Shown here piece by piece: positions 57,001-64,000 of a stretch of DNA of 64,000 nucleotides. Each line of letters opens with the position of its first letter. The stretch's first letter is position 1. The position numbers and the translations under genes were made by a program. The stretch is from Lama guanicoe (Eukaryota), in contig MU053588.1 of the NCBI GenBank assembly GCA_013239625.1, forward strand, positions 3,810,799-3,874,798, written 5' to 3'. Under the pieces are notes generated by a model. It was not told where the DNA came from. It was given only the letters and a program-made list of their open reading frames with translations, and searched no databases.

Positions 57001-60000
57001 AACCCTGTCAGACACCACTCCATGGACGCATGTCAACATACGTGTGTTTTTTAATGAGTTTATGCTATCAAGAAAAATATCTTTTAGAGAAGTTTTAAGT
57101 TCATAGCAAAAGTGGGTGGAAAGTACAGAGATTTCCTATAGAACCTCTGCTCCCTGCCACAGCCTCCCCATTTGTCAACATTCTGATGACACATCATCAT
57201 CACTCAAAGTCCATGGTTTACTTCAGGGTTCACTCTCGGCATTGTATGTTCTACGGGTTTTGACAAAAATCACACATATCCACTATAGAGCATCACACTG
57301 AAGGGTTTCATGGCCCCCCAAATTCTCTGTGTTCTACACACTCACCCTCCTTCCCCCTCCCCACCCCTGGCATCCACTGTTACTTTTAGGTCTCCATGGT
57401 TTTGCCTTTTCCAGAATGTCACAGAGTTGGAGTCATACGGTATGCAGCCTTTTTAAATTAACTTCTTTCATCTCATAACATGCATTTAAAGTTCTTCCTG
57501 GTCTGTCATGGCTGGACAGCTCATCTTTTCCGGGCTCTGAGTAGTACTCCACTGTGTGGAGGGACCACAGCTCATTTACTCATTTATCTACTGAAGGGCA
57601 TCTTGGTTGCCCCCTGATTTAGGTCATTAGGAATAAAGCTGCTATAAACATCTGTGTGCAGGCTTTTGTGTAAGCTTTCAGTTTATGCGATTTTGAAATA
57701 ATTTGTCCAAATATGTCAAAGTAATCAGAATAAACCTGTTACCTGAGGAAAAGGATGATGTGATCTGATCAACTCTGGGCCTTCCCCTCACACAGACCAA
57801 CATACAAATACGTGGTCCCCAATTTCAAGGGAGTCACCTGCCCTGAGATGCCCAGTTGTAGACTCTGGCTTCAAACCAAGGCTCTGTGCATACCAGCCAG
57901 GGCCCGTACCCCTACCAGATGTAAACTCCACAGAGCAGTCTGTCTTATCCATGTTTGTCCACACCTGTGTCCCCAGAGCCCAGGACAGCGAATGGCATGC
58001 ACAAATGTCCAACACATCTGTCATGTGAATGAATCCCAATGGACGATGGTAGCAGGAGGGGGAGTGCAGGTTTTAGAATCAAGTCCCTCAGGTCACAACA
58101 GCCAGCTCACCCAGCAGGTTGTTTCAACTGTTGGCCAGACCTTCAGCTCACCCCCAGGGTTACTGACACAAACACTAAGTTCCCATGTATCAGTTGTTTG
58201 CTATGTACCAAGCACTGTGCTGAATGCTTTACATTCTTAAACTCACCGAGTCTGCATGAAAGTCTGCCTATGAGGAACTGTGGGAGAAGCAGGCCCTTGC
58301 CTAGCAAGAACTGGGATTCAGACCCAGGGCTGCCTGACTTGAGACATCTGCTTCCTTCGGGTTGGCTCTCCCCTCCCCACAAGCACCTGTTCCTTCCTGC
58401 TGTCTGTCTAGGCTCTGGGTCCAGGGCTGCTGGCCTCCCCAGAGCTACCTCCTGGAGCCTGAGGCCAAGAGGAGCCCATGCGGCCACAGGATCAGGATTT
58501 TTCCGAGGGGCAGAGCCAGGAGCCCAGCCTGACCTGACTCTTAAGGCCCGATCTGGGGGCACTTCTGGAACCTCCAGCTGCTTCACGCAGGACTCCTGCC
58601 AGGTTCTGACTCCCTCCCTCTCCTGTCCACCAGGGTACCACGGGGATGGTGCACACAACTGGAGGAGAAGGACAATGAGCCTCCAAGGACCAGACAAACC
58701 AGCTCCCCAGGACGTTATTCGTTCAACAAACCTGGGTTAAATACCTGCCTTGTGTCTGGCACTGTGTGAGGCACTGGGGATTCTGTCACCCTAGGGCTTA
58801 CGTTCTAATGAGTCAGACAGACCATAAAGAGGTTTGTGCCATCCCGCCAGGGAGCAATCCATGCAATAAAGGAAAACACAGCAGGGTGTGAGCGGGAGAG
58901 TCACAGAAGATGCAGTGTGAGCAGGTCAGGCAAGGCCTCAGGGTGACCTGAAGGACATGAGGAAGGGAGTCCGACACCTGCAGGAGGAGTGCTTCTGGCT
59001 GAGGGATGGGGTGCAGAGGTCCGAAGCTGCACTAGGAATACCATGAGGCTGCTGTAGCTGTGTTGGAGGGGGTGAGGGGAGGGAGGTGGCAGGAGAGGTC
59101 AATGCGGTGATGGTGACCCCATCACGTAGGACCCCATAAACCACACTTGGGAAGGACCCTGGATTGTAGTCTGAGTGACGTGTACAGTCATGCTGGGTGG
59201 TCCGTGTATTGAGGGAGGTGAGGTGGCTGTGTCCTACTCCAAATTACATTCTCAGAGGGTCCCTGTAGCTGCCGTGCGGAACTGTGAGAGCTGGGCAAGG
59301 CGCCAAGCCTCAGGGCCTGCCCGGCTCCCCGCCCACCAGCTCCTCACCTGTACAGGCTGAGGTCCGTGAACCAGTCCTGGACGACAATCACCACGTGGCA
59401 CACCGTGAAGAGGAAGGCAGCAATCTGGAGTGACTGAGGGTAGGCGGGAAGGGACACCCGAGTTGAAGGTCCACTTGGCCCACCCTACGGTCCCTGATCC
59501 CAGGACTCAGCCGAGGGGGCAGCAGGGCAAGGGCCTCAGAGCCTTTAAGTGCCTACTGTGTGCCCAGACTGTGCTGGCACTTCTGCTACAGACCATCCCT
59601 CAATCGGGCAAGGGGGGCGTGATCACCTCATTTAACATGAGCGGATATGGAGGCTTGAGGGGGGAGTTTTCCGAGGGGCAGAGCCAGCAGCCCAGCCCGA
59701 CCTGACTCTCAGTGCTGGGGCACCCGGGGCTCTCAGGAGGCAGAACCCAGGCCGACCCACCCCAGCTCCCCGACAGGAGGTGAGGAGCTGCAGGCCTGGC
59801 TCGGCCCTCACCTGCATCTCCACGTAGGTGTGGGGCAGGCTGTACTCTGGGGGCAGCTTGCGGTCATTGTTGATGAGGTGGTCCAGGACGGACGGGCTCA
59901 GGATGGGCTGGAGCAGGAAGAGAGGGAGGGGTCAGCAAAGGGCTGGGGGCCGGGGCCCCAGGGCACGTGGCCATCTGAGTTCCACGTGATGACTGCAGAT

Positions 60001-63000
60001 GCAAAATAAGGTCGGAAACACAGGCAGTTTCTAATTAGTACAGAGCCAGTCAGTGGGAGGAGGTGAAAGAGAAAAGTTTCCAAGCAGACACTTTCCCAGC
60101 TCTTTCACAGAACACCGCTGCGCTCGAGCGCCGCGCGCCCCAGAACTCTCCTCGTGCTCATCCATCCAACGTCTACTTGAATGAGTCACGTCCCTTGTTG
60201 TGTTAGCTGTTTCAAATGCTTTCAAAACTTCACTAAGATAATGACTTAGGTCAGGAAACAATGATTAGTGTGAAGACTGGTGAGGATTTAAAAACTGCAT
60301 CAGTGGCTGTAAAAGAATTAGTGGTGAGCTTGTCACCTTTTCTTAAAGGAAAACTCCATTTAAGAATTACAAGAACCAAAATGAACTGGAGAGTCTATTC
60401 ACTTCTTACTGCAGTGAGTGGAATTCTTTAAGAGAGGCTTCCCTGACAGCTCACTTTCTAAGACTCCAGACTCCACAGTGTTTCACTCTGTCTGGTTTTA
60501 ACTTCTTCTCCGCCCCATCCCACGCACAGCCGGTTCAGTTCACCTCCAGGTCCCCGGGGTTCCTGGACCGGGCCTGGCACACAGGTCTCACACCACATCT
60601 GTGGAAGGTTTCCCAAGCTCCATGTGATCAATGTGTACAGCGGCCAGAACTCTGTTCCTCTAACAGTCAGTGAGCATCAGCAGAGAGCCAGGACCCCTCC
60701 CTGGGGAGCTGCGGGCAGGTGGGGAGTGGGTGCACTGCACAAAAACCAGACCTATCAATCCTGCTGCAGTGGGAGGCGCACATGGGCACTAGCAGGCGCT
60801 CAGAGGAGGGGAAGGCTTCCGGGAGGAGGCAACGCCCCAGTGGAGTCTTCAGGGAGAAGGGTTAAATTAGCCAGGCAAACAAGAAGGGGAGAGAGTTCTA
60901 AAGACAGGGACACCGACAGCCAAGAGTACTGAGACCCTGTTTCATGTCAGGCACTGTTAGGACTTTACTTTCGTTAACACGCTGAAACCTCACAAAGACC
61001 CTGTGAGGGAGGTAACATTGTTTTTCCCACTTAAGAAAACTGAGGCATGGAAATGTTAAGTAACTCGGCCAACGTTGCACAGCCTGGGAGAGAGACTACG
61101 GCAAGGCCTTGTGGTGTGCGTGGTGGGGCTGGTGACTACCGCCGAGAGGAGGCCAGAGTCTGAAGGAGGCAAGCCACACCAGCCCTGGGTGCCAGGCAAA
61201 GGAACAGGGACCCTGGGGAAGCTGAGGACAGCGCCAGTCAAACGCAGGGCAGGTCATTTCTAACGAGGAGGAGGAGCCTGGAGGCACAACACACGCCCAG
61301 TCCCATGCCAAGCCCTCTGCCTGTGCCATTCCCGACTCCTCACAGCCACCAGGGAAGCTGAGAACAACTGTCACCCGTTTACAGACGAAGAAGCTGAGGG
61401 AGGGTGTGTGTGTGGCTGGGATGAGGGAGGGTTAAAACTTACTCAAAGTCACCCAGCTGGTAAGGATTAAAGGCCAGATTTGGATACAGCCCGACTCCGA
61501 GGCCCACACTTTGAACTTTGTGTTTCTTTAGGCGCCTGTGCACACGCTGGATGGGAGGGGAGGGGGGTTAAAACCTGGTAAGAAGAGACGGAGGGCCAGG
61601 AAAAGACACACTTGCCCAAGGGCACTAGCAAGGTCATGGCTTGGCCAGAGCCACGGGGCCTCCAAGCAGGGTTCTGGCTTAGGTACACTCGGGGATGGAG
61701 CTGAACGCAGCACGCACCAGAGTGAGGCGAGTGGAGGCCGGTACCTGTGTGTCCAGAAAAACGATCCGCTCCTGGGTAATAAAGAAGTCGATGCCACTGG
61801 TCTGGTTGCCCCCTCGCTCCTTCATTTCTGCGCTCTGGGCCCGGAAAACATACGCCCTGTGGAGAGGAGCAGATGGGGGCATTAGATGCCTCGTTCTCGT
61901 CCTTCGACACCTTCAGAGTGTGGCCCAGTGAGCGAGCACGCAAGATGTGATTCCCGCCTGCTCACAAAGCCTTCCATCCATGGCCCCTGCGGTCTAGGGG
62001 CTACACTGTATACCACATGACTCCACTCCTATCCGTAAGTAGACCTGTTAACATATTCAACAAAATCAGTAAACAGAGGTGTTTAGGAGCAGGGATCCTA
62101 CCAGACTGCCAGGATTTAAATCCCAGCTCTGCCTCTTCCTGGCTGTGTGGCTTGAGTAATCTCCTTAAGCTTTCTCCTCAGTTTCCTCATCTGTAAAATG
62201 AGGATACCAATAGTCTCAAGTTCTCAGGGTGACTGTGAAGTTAATATACAAGAGAGAGAGTAGAGGCTTGGACTGGGAGGTGGGAGTAAAGGAGAGAAGC
62301 AGGCAAATTCTCAAGATAATTAGGAGGGAAAACTTAAGAGACCTGATGGCAAGAGCTGGTACCAAAGTCCACTGGCTGACCTGCCTCAAAAAGGCACGTT
62401 ATGCCTAAAAGATTCTCTCTAGCTTGGGAGTCTGAGTTGAGAGCCATGGGGAAGTTCTGCTAGTTGAGGGTGGAGGCTGACATGGGAAGAAGGCTACCCA
62501 AGAGAGTGGCAGCTCTTCCAGAGCAGAGCCGGGCTGTGCTGAAGCCAAGAGTGAGAAGAGAGGGATGGAGCTGACCCGGGAGACAGAGCAACCCTGCAGT
62601 TCTGGTTCTGGTGATGCATGTTCTCATGACAGTGGTTCTTAACCTGTGGGTTTCCATCAGGCCCCTCTGAGGTCCCTGACTGTAGATGAGTGTAAAATTC
62701 TGCATATTCCGTCAGAGGGTGCATGGACCCCTGATGCCCATTCATGGAGTCCAGGGTAGTATCACCTGCTTTGCAAGAAACCAAGCCCCTGTGTTTTTTA
62801 AATAACCCCAAGTGCCTAATGCCCCTTCTCACTCCCCACCTGGATTCTCCCTTATTAGACTGTCTCTGTCTCCTACTTTGCCTTCTCTCTTTCCTTCCCT
62901 GCCCCTAGTCTGGGGCTCTAGTTCTTAAATTTCCTTCTCCCCCAAATCCTCTCCTGTGACTTCATCCTTCATCTTTTTTTAATTTTAATTTTTTAAATTT

Positions 63001-63833
63001 TGGGGCAGGAGGTAATCAGGTATTTATTTACATGTTTATTTTTAATGGTGGTACTGGGGATTGAACCCAGGATCTTGTGCACGTTAGGCATGCACTCTAC
63101 CACTAAGCTATACCTTCCCCCCTCATCCTTCATCTTTGCAATCACTCCCCATTCCTGCAGGGGAATGCAGGACTGAAGCTGGTCTAGAACTCATGCCCCT
63201 CATCCAGGTCTCCTGCCCCACAGTCTCCCAGGCCACATTGGCCACATCTTGTGAGCATTTGCTCTGCGTCAGGTTCTTGTTAACTTTTGCCTTCCTGATC
63301 TTGTCTCAGCCTCTAAAAACCCACTTTGCAGATGAGGAAGTGAGATACTAGGAGGTGAAGGGCCCTAACCAAGGTCAACTAGCTGGTGAGTGGCAGGGCT
63401 GAGACATGAGGTAAATCTAAATCCAGACTTAATGAAGACATCATCCCAGTTCCTGGCTGGGCCCTGTACCATTTTATGGAGCAAAGCAGGGAGGGAAGGA
63501 TGGAAGAACAGGACTGGTTACCTTGGAGCTACATGAAGATTTGGTCCAGCCCCTAATCATCCTCGTCTGACAAAGACATTGAGGTCAAGGGAGGAGAAAC
63601 AACTTCCCAAAGTCCTTGGTGACACCACTTACAATACCCAGGCCCACGCTCCCCTGACCCAGGTGGGTGCCCACCTCCCTCCCAGCCTCTTCCACACATT
63701 TCCCCAGGGACTCTCCTCACCTCTGGTCCTCCTCGGGAGTGTTGGCTGACAACAACGACATAACCATGGACTTGCCTGTCCCCTGGAGGCCCAGGACACC
63801 AACCACCAAGACATCAGTCTGATCCAACAGGTA
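54082..63833 (-). CDS. SMG9: Nonsense-mediated decay factor SMG9, 3' part: join(63721-63833,61745-61856,59812-59907,59348-59433,56728-56834,55932-56039,55644-55772,55208-55352,54082-54160); 5' exons lie beyond the window
   Basis: Phase-consistent GT-AG exons giving YLLDQTDVLVVGVLGLQGTGKS (P-loop)...IVFLDTQPILSPS...VQDWFTDLSLYRFLQTAEMVKP...VFLQNKARREDFCPRKL...ILTEKNWFHYAARIWDGVKKSSALAEYSRLLA*. Confidence 0.97.
55525..55620. repeat. ~27-bp minisatellite, about 3.5 copies (GTCTCCCCTCAGACCAGGGTGG...), in an SMG9 intron
   Basis: Direct repeats visible in the sequence. Confidence 0.75.
57050..57690 (-). mobile_element. Old L1 3'-end fragment in an SMG9 intron
   Basis: TTTGCCTTTTCCAGAATGTCA...GAATAAAGCTGCTATAAACATCTGTGTGCAGG, typical of L1M 3' ends. 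Confidence 0.7.
62974..63122 (-). mobile_element. tRNA-Ala-derived SINE
   Basis: Reverse-complement head, spacer, T-rich tail; CATCCTTCATCTTT on both flanks. Confidence 0.85.
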
Positions 63834-64000
63834 CTGTGGGAAGATGCAGCAATGTGACCCTGAGAAATCTGTCAGTTGCGGGAGCAGAACGGAGAGAGGG
63901 GCCCTGGAGGCTTCCATGGCTCACATACCTGCCTTGTCAGATATGAAGGGAAAACTGTCACGGCCCCAAATCCCCTCAATTGGGCAAAGGACCTCTGTAT

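Overview
Mammalian genomic DNA, most likely a camelid (about 13 copies of a tRNA-Ala-derived vic-1-type SINE). The gene order matches the human 19q13.31 block PLAUR-IRGC-SMG9. Recognisable genes: a complete 7-exon PLAUR (minus strand, 334 aa), intact IRGC (plus strand, single coding exon, 464 aa), and the last nine coding exons of SMG9 (minus strand, running off the right edge). Two decayed genes not shown by the ORF track were reconstructed by hand. (1) At 23734-35467 (+), head-to-head with PLAUR, is a 9-exon gene for a signal peptide, four Ly6/uPAR (LU) domains and a GPI signal, built as a duplicated PINLYP/PLI-gamma-like two-domain unit and now carrying several stops and frameshifts. (2) At about 50012-51858 (+), directly behind IRGC, is a second GKS-type immunity-related GTPase pseudogene with a clean phase-1 GT-AG intron in its coding region. 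Other points of interest: an old ~43-bp tandem array of ZNF143/SBS-like motifs downstream of PLAUR, W32R and R91H substitutions in the uPAR vitronectin-binding surface, and an in-frame stop-free SMG9 intron. Repeat family names are from visual recognition and their boundaries are approximate.
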